Source: an uncultured delta proteobacterium
GTDB taxonomy: Bacteria > Desulfobacterota > Binatia > DP-6
NCBI GenBank assembly: GCA_963815115.1
Contig: CAWFFN010000007.1
Span: forward strand, 128,001 to 192,000
Reading direction: 5' to 3'
Length of the DNA stretch: 64,000 nucleotides
Each line of letters starts with the position of its first letter. The stretch's first letter is position 1. This document shows positions 25,226 through 35,323 of this stretch, in pieces. The notes under the pieces were generated by a model. That model was not told the origin of the DNA. It did no database searches and worked only from the letters and a program-made list of their open reading frames with translations. The translations under genes were made by a program, and so were the position numbers.

Positions 25226-26698
25226 ATGGACCTGCCGCCGCACGACGCCTGCTACCGCGCGCTCGCCTCGCGCGACGCGCGCTTCGACGGGCGCGTCTTC
25301 GTCGGGGTGCGGACCACCGGCATCTACTGCCGGCCCATCTGTCCTGCGCGCACTGCCAGATCGGAGAACTGCAGGTTCTTCCCGAGCGCGGCCGCGGCCC
25401 AGGAGGCGGGCTTCCGTCCCTGCCTGCGGTGCCGCCCCGAGCTGTCCCCCGACGCCGCCGCGTGGCGCGGGACGTCCAATACCGTCTCGCGGGCCCTCGC
25501 GCTGATCGGCGAAGGATCGTTCGATGCCGAGCACGGCGTGCCGGAGCTGGCCGCGCGCCTCGGCGTGGGCGAGCGGCATCTCCGTCGGCTGTTCCAGCGC
25601 CATCTCGGTGCGCCACCGATCGCGGTGGCGCAGACGCGACGCATCCTGTTCGCCAAGCAGCTCATCCAGGAGACGCAGCTGTCGATGACGGAGATCGCCG
25701 CCGCCGCGGGGTTCGGCAGCGTGCGCCGTTTCAACCACGTCTTCCGCACCCTCTACCGGCGGCCGGCCAGCAGCCTGCGCGTGCGCCGCGGCCGTGGCGC
25801 GGCCCTCTCGCGGGTGACGCTGCGCCTCGGCTACCGGCCGCCCTACGACTGGGAGGAGATGATCGCGTTCCTGGCCGCGCGGGCCGTCCCCGGCGTCGAG
25901 CTGGTGACCACCGATCGCTACGCGCGCACGATCGAGCTCGACGGCCGGGTCGGCAGCGTGGCGGTCTCGCCCGGCCGCAGCCATCTCGTCGCGATCATCA
26001 AGTTTCCCGAGGTCCGCGCGCTGCTGTCGATCGTGGCACGGCTGCGCCGGCTCTTCGACCTCGACGCGGACGTGGAGACCATCGGCGCGCATCTCGCCGG
26101 CGACCGCGGTCTCGCACCGCTGATCGCCAGGCGCCCCGGCCTGCGCACTCCGGGCGCCTGGGACGGCTTCGAGCTCGCCGTTCGCGCCGTGCTGGGACAG
26201 CAGGTGACCGTCGGCGCCGCCCGCGGGCTCGCCGCCGCGCTCGTCGTCCGCGCCGGGGCCGCGCTGGCGCCGGCCGCGATCGAGGTTCCGGGGCTCTCGC
26301 GCACCTTCCCCACGCCCGCCCGCATGGCCGCCGCCGACCTGTCGTCGCTCCCCATGCCCCGTGCGCGCATCGCCGCGCTCGTCGCGCTCGCGCGAGCCGC
26401 CGCCGCCGACCCCGGGCTGCTCGAGCCCGCCGGCACCTCCGACGAGGCCGTGGCACGGCTGCTGAAGCTCCCCGGGTTCGGACCGTGGACGGCGCAGTAC
26501 TGGGCGCTGCGCGCCCTGCGTGACAGCGATGCCTTTCCCGCCGCCGACGTGGGATTGCTGCGCAGCGCCGTCGTCGCGTGCGACGGCAGGCGGCCCACAC
26601 CGGCGGCGCTGCTGGCGAGGGCGGAGCGCTGGCGTCCATGGCGGGCCTATGCGGCGCAGCACCTGTGGGCGTCGGCCGGCAAGGCGGCGCTCGCCTAG
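25226..26698 (+). CDS. alkA: AdaA-AlkA fusion (Ada Zn/AraC domain plus 3-methyladenine glycosylase II)
   Basis: TTGIYCRPICP, FRPCLRC, AraC HTH, LPGFGPWTA, WRPWRAYA. Confidence 0.93.
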   Translation: MDLPPHDACYRALASRDARFDGRVFVGVRTTGIYCRPICPARTARSENCRFFPSAAAAQEAGFRPCLRCRPELSPDAAAWRGTSNTVSRALALIGEGSFDAEHGVPELAARLGVGERHLRRLFQRHLGAPPIAVAQTRRILFAKQLIQETQLSMTEIAAAAGFGSVRRFNHVFRTLYRRPASSLRVRRGRGAALSRVTLRLGYRPPYDWEEMIAFLAARAVPGVELVTTDRYARTIELDGRVGSVAVSPGRSHLVAIIKFPEVRALLSIVARLRRLFDLDADVETIGAHLAGDRGLAPLIARRPGLRTPGAWDGFELAVRAVLGQQVTVGAARGLAAALVVRAGAALAPAAIEVPGLSRTFPTPARMAAADLSSLPMPRARIAALVALARAAAADPGLLEPAGTSDEAVARLLKLPGFGPWTAQYWALRALRDSDAFPAADVGLLRSAVVACDGRRPTPAALLARAERWRPWRAYAAQHLWASAGKAALA

Positions 26699-26727
26699 CA
26701 CACCGTGACCATCGGAGGGCCGAGCTG

Positions 26728-27537
26728 ATGAGCAGTCCACGAGTCGACGACGCCGCGCGGTTCCGGGCGCTGCATGACGGGCCCGCCCTGCTCGTCCTTC
26801 CGAACGCCTGGGACGCGGGCAGCGCTCGCATCATCGAGAAGGCGGGCGCGCGGGCGATCGCCACCTCGAGCGCGGCGGTCGCGTGGGGACGGGGCTATCC
26901 GGACGGGCAGGCGCTGCCTCTCGACGCCCTGATCGCGACCGTTCGTGCCATCGTGCGCGTCGTCGAGGTACCGGTGTCGGCCGACGTCGAGGCCGCCTAC
27001 GCGGACGACGCGACAGCGGCCGCCGCCACAGCGAGTCGCGTCATCGATGCCGGCGGGGTGGGAATCAACGTCGAGGACGGCCAGGACGCGCCGGATCTGC
27101 TGTGCGCGAAGATCGAGGGCATCAAGGCCGTGGCTCGAAAGACCGGCGTCGACCTGTGGGTCAACGCGCGCACCGACGTCTATCTGCGCGGTCTCGCGCC
27201 GGCGTCGACCGCCATGGCCGAGACGATCGCGCGGGCCCGGCGATACCGCGGCGCCGGGGCCGACTCCGTGTTCGTCCCCGGTCTGATCGACGAGGGGGAC
27301 ATCGCGCGATTCGTCGCCGAGGTGCCGCTGCCGCTCAACCTGCTGGCATGGCCCGGCTTGCCGGCGCCCGCCGCGCTCGAACGGCTCGGCGTGCGGCGGC
27401 TGAGCGCCGGCACCGCCATCGCGCAGGCGGCGTACCGCCGCGCGTACCAGGCCGCCCGGGCGTTCCTCGGGGTCGAGGCGACCGAGGAGCCCACGTTCAG
27501 CGTCGGGGAGCTGAACGGCCTGATGCGCATCGACTGA
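26728..27537 (+). CDS. Isocitrate lyase/PEP mutase family protein
   Basis: LPNAWDAGSA, ATSSAA, GINVED, NARTD. Confidence 0.9.
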   Translation: MSSPRVDDAARFRALHDGPALLVLPNAWDAGSARIIEKAGARAIATSSAAVAWGRGYPDGQALPLDALIATVRAIVRVVEVPVSADVEAAYADDATAAAATASRVIDAGGVGINVEDGQDAPDLLCAKIEGIKAVARKTGVDLWVNARTDVYLRGLAPASTAMAETIARARRYRGAGADSVFVPGLIDEGDIARFVAEVPLPLNLLAWPGLPAPAALERLGVRRLSAGTAIAQAAYRRAYQAARAFLGVEATEEPTFSVGELNGLMRID

Positions 27538-27562
27538 GCCCTCGAACGGCGGGCGGACGGGG

Positions 27563-27606
27563 CACGCGCCCGGACGCGAGGGCCCTGGTCGTCGCGTGTG
27601 TTTTTT
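27563..27606 (+). terminator. Possible intrinsic terminator
   Basis: ACGCGA...TCGCGT stem followed by GTG and T6. Confidence 0.4.
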
Positions 27607-27633
27607 CGCGCGGCAGCGTAGGTTGCCGCCCGC

Positions 27634-28713
27634 ATGCGCCGGACCAACCTCGCTCGATACCGCAGCAGCCGAAGAGTTCTCGCAGTGCTCCTGCTGATCC
27701 TCGCCCCGCACGCACGGGCGAAGGATGCGCCGCCGCCCGAGCAGGTGGCGCGCGGGAAAGAGCTGTACGGGAAGATGTGCGCCGTGTGTCACGGTCCGAC
27801 GGGCGAGGGCTACCGGGCGGATCAGGCGCCGCGGATCGCACACCCCGACTTCCTGTCGGCGGTCACCGACGAGTATCTGCGCCGGGCCATCACGCTGGGC
27901 CGGCCGGGCACGACCATGTCGGCCTGGGGGAAGGAGCGCGGAGGTCCCCTGTCGCCGGCGGACGTCGACGCGCTCGTCGCCTTCATGCGGTCGTGGCATC
28001 AGGGGCCTCCCGCGCACCTCGACGAGCACCTGCTGTCCGGCGATCCCACGCGCGGCCGGGCGATCTACGCCGAGGAGTGCGCGCACTGCCACGGGGAGCG
28101 TGGTGTCGACGGCCGCAACATCCACATCGGAAGTCCGCTGTTCCTGCGCAGCGCGACCAACGGCTTCCTGCGCTACGCCATCGCGAAGGGACGCTCGGGC
28201 ACCAGCATGCCCGGATTTCAGAGCTCCCTCGGCACCGATCGCATCGAGGACGTGGTCGCGCTGCTGCGCACGTTCCAGCTTCCCGCGGGCCTGGCGGAGC
28301 ACCTGCCGGCGCGCCCGCCGCCGCTCCCGCTCGGCCCCGTGCCCCTCAATCCGAAGGGGCGCGCTCCCGTGGGCTTCCGCACCTACCCGGACATGACCTC
28401 GGTCGACACCGTGAAGGGGCAGCTGGACGCGCACGCGCGCTTCGCCCTGCTGGATGCCCGGGCGCCCTCCGACTATGCGACCGAGCACATCGCGGGCGCG
28501 GTGAGCGTCCCCTTCTACGATCCGGCTCCCTACATCGACAAGCTGCCGAAGGACGCCTGGCTGGTGTGCTACTGCGCCTGCCCGCACGCCGAGTCGGGCG
28601 AGCTCGCGCGCCGGCTCATGGCGGCGGGGTTCACCAAGGTGACGGTGCTCGACGAGGGCCTGCGCGTGTGGAAGGAGCGGGGCTATCCCACCCAGACCGG
28701 CGACAAGCCGTAG
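27634..28713 (+). CDS. Exported diheme c-type cytochrome fused to a rhodanese domain
   Basis: Signal peptide; CAVCH and CAHCH; distal Met motifs TMSAW and SMPGF; LLDARA, HIAGA, CYCACPHAES. Confidence 0.88.
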   Translation: MRRTNLARYRSSRRVLAVLLLILAPHARAKDAPPPEQVARGKELYGKMCAVCHGPTGEGYRADQAPRIAHPDFLSAVTDEYLRRAITLGRPGTTMSAWGKERGGPLSPADVDALVAFMRSWHQGPPAHLDEHLLSGDPTRGRAIYAEECAHCHGERGVDGRNIHIGSPLFLRSATNGFLRYAIAKGRSGTSMPGFQSSLGTDRIEDVVALLRTFQLPAGLAEHLPARPPPLPLGPVPLNPKGRAPVGFRTYPDMTSVDTVKGQLDAHARFALLDARAPSDYATEHIAGAVSVPFYDPAPYIDKLPKDAWLVCYCACPHAESGELARRLMAAGFTKVTVLDEGLRVWKERGYPTQTGDKP

Positions 28714-28787
28714 CGCGCCGGTCGGGTGGCAGAATTCGAGGGCTCGATGGCCTTGCAGCCAGATCGGAGCCCTGCGATGGTTCCGGC

Positions 28788-29783
28788 ATGCCCCCCTGCA
28801 CGCCCCCACCTCGCCACGTGGCGATGGTCGCCTATCCGGGCGCCAACGCCGTCGACGTCATCGGGCCGCTCGAGGTCTTCGCCGCCGCCGCCGCGCTCGC
28901 GGGGCGCGCGCCCGGCGAGCCCCGGGCCTACACCACCGAGATCGTGGCCACGGCGGCGGGCCCGGTGGAGACCCAGTCAGGCATCCGTGTCGTCGCGGCG
29001 CGGGCGCTCGGGGCGATTCGCGGCGGCGTGGACACCCTGCTCGTCGCCGGAGGGCTGGGCACCCAGACGGCGCTCGGCAACCGCCCGCTGCTCGCGGCAC
29101 TGCGCCGGCTGGCTCCGCGCGTGCGTCGCCTGGGGTCGGTCTGCTCCGGCAGCTTCCTGCTCGCCGAGGCGGGATTGCTCGACGGACGCCGCGCGACGAC
29201 GCACTGGATGTGGTGCGAGACGCTCGCGGAGCGCTATCCGCGGGTTCGGGTCGAGCCCGACCCCATCTTCGTGCGCGACGGGAACGTGTGGACCTCCGCC
29301 GGGGTCACGGCGGGAATGGACCTGGCGCTCGCGCTCGTCGAGGACGATCTCGGCCGCGATCTCGCGCTCCACACGGCGCGGCAGATGGTGCTCTTTCTTC
29401 GCCGGCCCGGCGGCCAGTCCCAGTTCAGCGCTCAGCTCGCGGCGCAGGCCGCCGACCGCCAGCCGCTGCGGGACCTGCAGGCCTGGGTGGTCGATCATCC
29501 CGGCGCGGACTGCTCGGTGACGGCGCTGGCGCGGCGGGTCGCGATGAGTCCGCGCAACTTCGCCCGGGTCTTCCTGCGCGAGAGCGGCATGACGCCGGCA
29601 CAGTACGTGGAGCGGGTGCGCGTCGAGGCGGCGCGGCGGCGGCTGGAGGATTCGGCGGACGGGGTGGACGCGATCGCGTCGGGCTGCGGCTTCGGCACCG
29701 CCGAGACCATGCGGCGAACCTTCCTGCGCCACCTGCGGGTGGCGCCGAGCGACTACCGGATTCGCTTCCGGGTGGCGAGCTGA
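28788..29783 (+). CDS. GlxA-family transcriptional regulator (DJ-1 domain plus AraC HTH)
   Basis: SVCSG, ATTHW, TSAGVTAGMD, RPGGQSQFS, C-terminal AraC HTH. Confidence 0.93.
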   Translation: MPPCTPPPRHVAMVAYPGANAVDVIGPLEVFAAAAALAGRAPGEPRAYTTEIVATAAGPVETQSGIRVVAARALGAIRGGVDTLLVAGGLGTQTALGNRPLLAALRRLAPRVRRLGSVCSGSFLLAEAGLLDGRRATTHWMWCETLAERYPRVRVEPDPIFVRDGNVWTSAGVTAGMDLALALVEDDLGRDLALHTARQMVLFLRRPGGQSQFSAQLAAQAADRQPLRDLQAWVVDHPGADCSVTALARRVAMSPRNFARVFLRESGMTPAQYVERVRVEAARRRLEDSADGVDAIASGCGFGTAETMRRTFLRHLRVAPSDYRIRFRVAS

Positions 29784-29792
29784 GGAGGAATC

Positions 29793-30413
29793 ATGGAACC
29801 CAAGCGTGTCGGCATCCTGGTGTTCGACGCCGTCGAGGTACTCGACTTCTGCGGGCCGTTCGAGGTCTTCTCCGTCACCCGGCTGGACGAGAGCCGGCGA
29901 CGCGAGGACCCGTCGCCCTTCGAGGTCGTGCTGGTGGCGGAGCGGGCCGGCATCGTCACCGCCGCCGGCGGTCTCAAGGTGACGCCCGATCACGCGCTGG
30001 CGGACTGCCCGTCCCTCGACGTCCTCGTCGTTCCGGGGGGCTGGGGCACGCGCCGCGAGATCGGCAACCCGGCGCTGCTCGAATGGATCGGCGCGCGCGC
30101 TCGCACGGTGGAGACCGTGGCCTCGGTCTGCACCGGCGCCATGCTCCTCGGCCAGGCCGGCCTCCTCGACGGGCGGCGCGCGACGACGCACTGGCGATCG
30201 CTCGGCTGGATGCGCGAGTCGTTCCCCAACGTCACGGTCGAGGAGGCGCTGCACGTCGTCGAGGACGGCAACGTGTTCACCTCCGCCGGCATCTCCGCCG
30301 GCATCGACATGGCGCTGCTGGTCGTCGCGCGCTACCACGGCGAGGAGATCGCGCGCGCGACGGCGCGGCAGATGGAGTACCCGTATCCCGACGACCTGCG
30401 ACGGCGCATCTGA
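29793..30413 (+). CDS. DJ-1/PfpI family protein (isonitrile hydratase-like)
   Basis: LDFCGPFEVF, VPGG, SVCTG, TSAGISAGID. Confidence 0.92.
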   Translation: MEPKRVGILVFDAVEVLDFCGPFEVFSVTRLDESRRREDPSPFEVVLVAERAGIVTAAGGLKVTPDHALADCPSLDVLVVPGGWGTRREIGNPALLEWIGARARTVETVASVCTGAMLLGQAGLLDGRRATTHWRSLGWMRESFPNVTVEEALHVVEDGNVFTSAGISAGIDMALLVVARYHGEEIARATARQMEYPYPDDLRRRI

Positions 30414-30484
30414 CGACGCCCGCGCCGCGCGAGGTTTGACGGTCGCGGCGTGATCCCCTATGAGCGGGCCTGCCGGGCCCGGCC

Positions 30485-31690
30485 ATGGAGTTCCCACGTA
30501 TCCAGCGTCTTCCTCCGTACGTCTTCAACGTCGTCGGTGAGCTCAAGCACGCGGCGCGCCAGGCGGGCGAGGACATCATCGACTTCTCGATGGGGAATCC
30601 CGATGGGCCGACGCCGCCGCACATCGTGCAGAGCCTGGTCGAGTCCGCCCAGAAGCCGCAGAATCACCGCTACTCGGTGTCGCGCGGGATCTTGAAGCTT
30701 CGCGTCGCCATCTGCGACTGGTACCGGCGCCGCTACGGCGTCGGCCTCGACCCGGACTCCGAGGCGATCGTCACCATCGGATCGAAGGAGGGCATCGGAC
30801 ACCTGGCGCTCGCGATGCTGGGTCCGGGGGACGTCGTCTTCTGTCCCAGCCCGACGTATCCCATACACCAGTATTCCGTCATCATCGCGGGCGGCGATCT
30901 GCGCTCGATTCCCCTCCTGCCCGGCGGCGACTTCCTCGGGCTGCTGCGGGAGGCGGTTCGCACGACGTGGCCGAAGCCGAAGCTGCTCATCCTGAACTTT
31001 CCCGCCAATCCCACCACCGAGGTCGTCGACCTGGCGTTCTTCGAGGGGATCGTCGAGTTCGCGCGCGAGCACGAGTGTCTGGTGGTCCACGACCTCGCCT
31101 ACGCCGACCTCTGCTTCGACGGCTACCAGGCGCCGTCCTTCCTGCAGGTGCCCGGGGCGCGCGAGGTCGGGGTGGAGTTCTTCACCCTGTCCAAGAGCTA
31201 CAACATGCCGGGCTGGCGGATCGGCTTCGCCGTCGGCAACCGCGAGATCATCGCGGCGCTGTCGCGCATCAAGAGCTACCTCGACTACGGCACCTTCCAG
31301 CCTCTCCAGATCGCCGCGACGCACGCCCTCAACGGTCCGCAGCACTACGTCGACGAGATCCGGGAGACCTACCGGCGCCGTCGCGACGTGCTCTGTGACG
31401 GCCTCGATCGGGCCGGGTGGCACGTGACGCGGCCGAAGGCGACGATGTTCGTCTGGGCGGAGATCCCGGACGAGTACAAGCCCATGGGCTCGCTCGAGTT
31501 CACGAAGTTTCTCCTGCGGGAGGCGAAGGTCGCCGTGTCGCCGGGGATCGGCTTCGGACAGTACGGTGACGACTACGTTCGCCTCGCGCTGATCGAGAAC
31601 GAGCACCGCACCCGCCAGGCCGTCCGCGGCATCAAGAAGGCGCTCGGCGCGAGCCTCGACCAGGCCGCGCGCCGGGCCCAGACCGGCTGA
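30485..31690 (+). CDS. alaC: PLP class I/II aminotransferase, AlaC-like
   Basis: [29 protein letters not shown]; upstream of hom. Confidence 0.82.
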   Translation: MEFPRIQRLPPYVFNVVGELKHAARQAGEDIIDFSMGNPDGPTPPHIVQSLVESAQKPQNHRYSVSRGILKLRVAICDWYRRRYGVGLDPDSEAIVTIGSKEGIGHLALAMLGPGDVVFCPSPTYPIHQYSVIIAGGDLRSIPLLPGGDFLGLLREAVRTTWPKPKLLILNFPANPTTEVVDLAFFEGIVEFAREHECLVVHDLAYADLCFDGYQAPSFLQVPGAREVGVEFFTLSKSYNMPGWRIGFAVGNREIIAALSRIKSYLDYGTFQPLQIAATHALNGPQHYVDEIRETYRRRRDVLCDGLDRAGWHVTRPKATMFVWAEIPDEYKPMGSLEFTKFLLREAKVAVSPGIGFGQYGDDYVRLALIENEHRTRQAVRGIKKALGASLDQAARRAQTG

Positions 31691-31695
31691 CGCGG

Positions 31696-33015
31696 GTGCC
31701 TGCGGCTCGGCCCGTTCGCGTCGGGCTGATCGGCTTCGGCACGATCGGCGCCGGCGTGGTGAAGCTGCTCCGTGCCCACCGCGCGGAGATCACGCGGCGC
31801 GCCGGGCGGTCGGTCACGCTCGCCGCCATCGCTGACGTCGACCTCGACAGCGATCGCGGCGTGTCGACGACCGGCATCCGGATGACCCGCGACGCGCTCG
31901 CCATGGTCGCCGATCCCGACATCGATGTGGTGATCGAGCTGGTGGGCGGCTACGAGCCGGCACGCCGCTTCGTGCTCGAGGCCATCCGGCACGGCAAGGA
32001 CGTGGTGACGGCGAACAAGGCGCTCCTCGCCGTGCACGGCGAGGAGATCGTCGCGGCCGCGGAGCGGGCCGGCGTCCGGCTCGGGTTCGAGGCCAGCGTC
32101 GGCGGCGGCATCCCGATCCTGCGCACGCTCAAGGAGGCGCTGGCGGGTGACCGGACGACGGCGGTCTACGGCATCGTGAACGGCACGTGCAATCACATCC
32201 TCACGACCATGACCCGCGAAGGGCGCAGCTTCGACGACGTCCTCGCCGAGGCGCAGCGGCTCGGGCTCGCCGAGGCGAATCCGGCGACCGACATCGACGG
32301 GACCGACTCGGCCCACAAGCTCGCGCTGCTGACGGTGCTCGCCTTCGGCGTGCGGCCGCGCTTCGCCGACATTCCGACGGAGGGGATCCGGCGCGTCGAC
32401 GCCATCGACATCGCGTTCGCGCGCGAGCTGGGCTACACGATCAAGCTGCTCGCCATCGCGAAGCAGGGCGAGCGCGCGATCGAGGCCCGCGTCCATCCGA
32501 CCATGATTCCCGAGCGGCATCTGCTGGCCGACGTGAGCGGCAACTTCAACGCCATCTTCGTCCGGGGCGTGGCGCTCGGTCCGACGATGTACTACGGGCA
32601 GGGTGCCGGCGCGTCGCCCACGGCGACGGCGGTGGTCGCCGACCTCGTCGCCGCGGCGCGCGACCGCGCGGTCGGTGCGGCGGTGCGGGTGCCGCCGTGG
32701 GGCGTTCCCCAGGCCGCGCTGCGCAAAGCCCGCATCCGGCCGCTGGCAGAGCTGGAGGGAGAGTACTATCTGCGCTTCATGGCCCTCGACCGCCCGGGCG
32801 TGCTGGCGCGCATTGCTGGAGTCCTGGGTCGGTTCGATATTAGTATCGCCGCCGTGATCCAGAAGGAGCGGCGCGCGGGAACGACCGTGCCGGTGGTGAT
32901 CCGGACCCACCGCGCGCGCGAGCGTGATCTCACCAGGGCGCTCGGCGCGATCGCGCGCCTGCAGGCGGTGCGGGGGACGCCGGTGTGCATCCGCATCGAG
33001 GAGCAGCTCACGTGA
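31696..33015 (+). CDS. hom: Homoserine dehydrogenase with C-terminal ACT domain
   Basis: GFGTIG, VVTANK, EASVGGGIP, NGTCN, DRPGVLA. Confidence 0.95.
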   Translation: MPAARPVRVGLIGFGTIGAGVVKLLRAHRAEITRRAGRSVTLAAIADVDLDSDRGVSTTGIRMTRDALAMVADPDIDVVIELVGGYEPARRFVLEAIRHGKDVVTANKALLAVHGEEIVAAAERAGVRLGFEASVGGGIPILRTLKEALAGDRTTAVYGIVNGTCNHILTTMTREGRSFDDVLAEAQRLGLAEANPATDIDGTDSAHKLALLTVLAFGVRPRFADIPTEGIRRVDAIDIAFARELGYTIKLLAIAKQGERAIEARVHPTMIPERHLLADVSGNFNAIFVRGVALGPTMYYGQGAGASPTATAVVADLVAAARDRAVGAAVRVPPWGVPQAALRKARIRPLAELEGEYYLRFMALDRPGVLARIAGVLGRFDISIAAVIQKERRAGTTVPVVIRTHRARERDLTRALGAIARLQAVRGTPVCIRIEEQLT

Positions 33016-34088
33016 CGCCGAGCGGTGCCTGGGGCGGCCTGATCGCGCACTACCGCGACCGCCTGCCGATCGAGCAGGGCGATCGCATCGTCACCCTGAA
33101 CGAGGGCAACACGCCCCTGGTGCGCGCCGACCGCCTGGCGGCGGTGGTCGCGCCCGGCGTCGAGATCTATCTCAAGTGCGAGGGGCAGAACCCGACCGGC
33201 TCGTTCAAGGATCGGGGCATGACCGTCGCGGTGACCCGCGCGCTGGCCGAGGGCGCGGAGGCCATCATCTGCGCGTCGACCGGCAACACCTCGGCGTCGG
33301 CCGCGGCCTACGCGGCGCGCGCCGGCATCCGGGCCTACGTCGTGGTGCCGCAGGGCAAGATCGCGCTCGGCAAGCTGTCGCAGGCGGTGATGCACGGGGC
33401 CCGCGTCATCCAGATCGAGGGCAACTTCGATCAGGCGCTGACGCTGGTGCGCGACGTGAAGGAGCGCTACCCCACGCGCCTCTCGCTCGTGAACTCGGTG
33501 AACCCGCACCGCATCCAGGGCCAGAAGACGGCCGCCTTCGAGATCTGTGACGCGCTCGGCCGCGCGCCGGACTTTCATCTCCTGCCGGTCGGCAACGCCG
33601 GCAACATCACCGCCTACTGGCGCGGGTACGGCGAGTATTTCGAGGCCGGCGTGGTGAACGGCCGGCCCCGGATGATGGGCTTCGAGGCCGCGGGTGCAGC
33701 GCCGTTGGTGCACGGCAAGGTGGTGGCCGAGCCGCGCACGGTCGCCACCGCGATCCGCATCGGCAACCCGGCGAGCTGGCAGGGTGCGATCGCGGCACGC
33801 GACGAGTCGGGCGGGGCCATCGAGGCCATCGAGGACGACGACATCCTCGCCGCCTACCGGCTGCTGGCGCGCACCGAGGGGGTCTTCGCCGAGCCGGCGT
33901 CGGCCATCAGCCTGGCCGGTGCGATCCGCATGGGCGCCCGCGGACAGCTGCGGCCCGGCGACGTCCTCGTGCTCACCTTGACGGGACACGGGCTCAAGGA
34001 TCCCGATACCGCCATCGCCAACTCGGAGGCCACGCTCTCCATCACCCCCGATCTCGCCCGGCTCGCCGCCGTGCTCGAGCTCGACTAG
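33012..34088 (+). CDS. thrC: Threonine synthase
   Basis: NPTGSFKDRG, ASTGNTSAS, PVGNAGN, TGHGLKD. Confidence 0.95.
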   Translation: MTPSGAWGGLIAHYRDRLPIEQGDRIVTLNEGNTPLVRADRLAAVVAPGVEIYLKCEGQNPTGSFKDRGMTVAVTRALAEGAEAIICASTGNTSASAAAYAARAGIRAYVVVPQGKIALGKLSQAVMHGARVIQIEGNFDQALTLVRDVKERYPTRLSLVNSVNPHRIQGQKTAAFEICDALGRAPDFHLLPVGNAGNITAYWRGYGEYFEAGVVNGRPRMMGFEAAGAAPLVHGKVVAEPRTVATAIRIGNPASWQGAIAARDESGGAIEAIEDDDILAAYRLLARTEGVFAEPASAISLAGAIRMGARGQLRPGDVLVLTLTGHGLKDPDTAIANSEATLSITPDLARLAAVLELD

Positions 34089-34102
34089 CGAGGGAACCCG
34101 GG

Positions 34103-35314
34103 ATGAAGTGCGTGGTCGTGGTGGGTGACGGGATGGCGGACGAGCCGATCGGCTCGCTCGGCGGCAAGACGCCGCTCGAGGTGGCCCGCACGCCGAACCT
34201 CGACCGCATGGCGTCCCGTGGCATCCTCGGCCTCACGCGCACCTTGCCGCCGGGGAGCGCGCCGGCGGGCGGCTCGGCGAGCCTGGCGGTCCTGGGCTAC
34301 GATCCGGGCCGCTTTCCGAACGGCTGCGCGTCCTTCGAGGCTGCCGCCCGCGGCCTCGTGCTCGAACCCGGCGACGTGGTCTTCCGGATGAACCTCGTGA
34401 CGCTGGAACGGCGCGAGGATGGAACGCTCGTGATGGCCGACTTCGCCGGCGGGCGCCCGCCGACGGCGGATGCCCGCACCGTCGTCGAGGACGTGGCGCG
34501 CGCGATTGCCGGCGACGGCATCGAGCTCTATCCCGGCGTCGGCTACCGCCATCTGCTCGTCTGGCGTGGCGGGGAGCAGGGCATCGAGACGACGCCTCCG
34601 CATGCGATCGCGGGGAAGCCGGTGGCGCCGGCGCTCCCGCGTGGACCGGGCGGGGAACGCGTGCGCGCGATGATGGACCGCGCCGGCGACGTGGTGCGCA
34701 GCCATCCGTGGTGCGAGACGAGACGCACGCGGGGGGAGGACGCGCCCAATGGCGTGTGGCTCTGGGGGCAGGGCAGCCGGCGGAGCCTGCCCCAGATGCG
34801 CGAGCGCTTCGGGATCGAGGGCGCGGTGATCGCGGGCGCGGACCTGGTGCGCGGGCTCGGAAAGCTCGCGGGTCTCCGGGTCATCGAACTGCCGGAGTCG
34901 ACGGGGCGGCTGGACGCCGACCTCCGCGCCGAGGTGGATAGCGGTCTCCGGGCGCTCGACGAGGGCGACTTCCTGCTGCTGCACGTCGAGGCACCCGACG
35001 AGAGTGGCCACCTCGGGGACCCGCCGAAGAAGGTCGAGGCCATCGAGCGTCTCGACGAGGAGCTGCTCGGCCCGTTGCTCGACGGCTTGCGCGCGCGCGG
35101 CGGCGAGTGGCGCGTGATGGCGCTGGCGGACCACCCGACTCCCTGCGACCGGCGCATCCACACCGCCGACGCGGTGCCCTTCGTGGTGTACGTGTCCCGC
35201 GACGAGGAGAAGAGTCGCACGCTGAAGCGCAGCTACCACGAGCGCGACGCGCGCGAGCAGGGTATCTTCATCCCCGAGGCCTACACGCTCCTGGAGCGCC
35301 TGCTGCGCGTCTGA
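34103..35314 (+). CDS. apgM: ApgM-like (cofactor-independent phosphoglycerate mutase / proposed homoserine kinase family) with degenerate phosphoacceptor motif
   Basis: GDGMAD, KTPLE, LGYDP, WLWGQG, HVEAPDESGH and DHPTP are present; the usual PGSD reads PAGG. Confidence 0.8.
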   Translation: MKCVVVVGDGMADEPIGSLGGKTPLEVARTPNLDRMASRGILGLTRTLPPGSAPAGGSASLAVLGYDPGRFPNGCASFEAAARGLVLEPGDVVFRMNLVTLERREDGTLVMADFAGGRPPTADARTVVEDVARAIAGDGIELYPGVGYRHLLVWRGGEQGIETTPPHAIAGKPVAPALPRGPGGERVRAMMDRAGDVVRSHPWCETRRTRGEDAPNGVWLWGQGSRRSLPQMRERFGIEGAVIAGADLVRGLGKLAGLRVIELPESTGRLDADLRAEVDSGLRALDEGDFLLLHVEAPDESGHLGDPPKKVEAIERLDEELLGPLLDGLRARGGEWRVMALADHPTPCDRRIHTADAVPFVVYVSRDEEKSRTLKRSYHERDAREQGIFIPEAYTLLERLLRV

Positions 35315-35323
35315 GGAAGTCCG

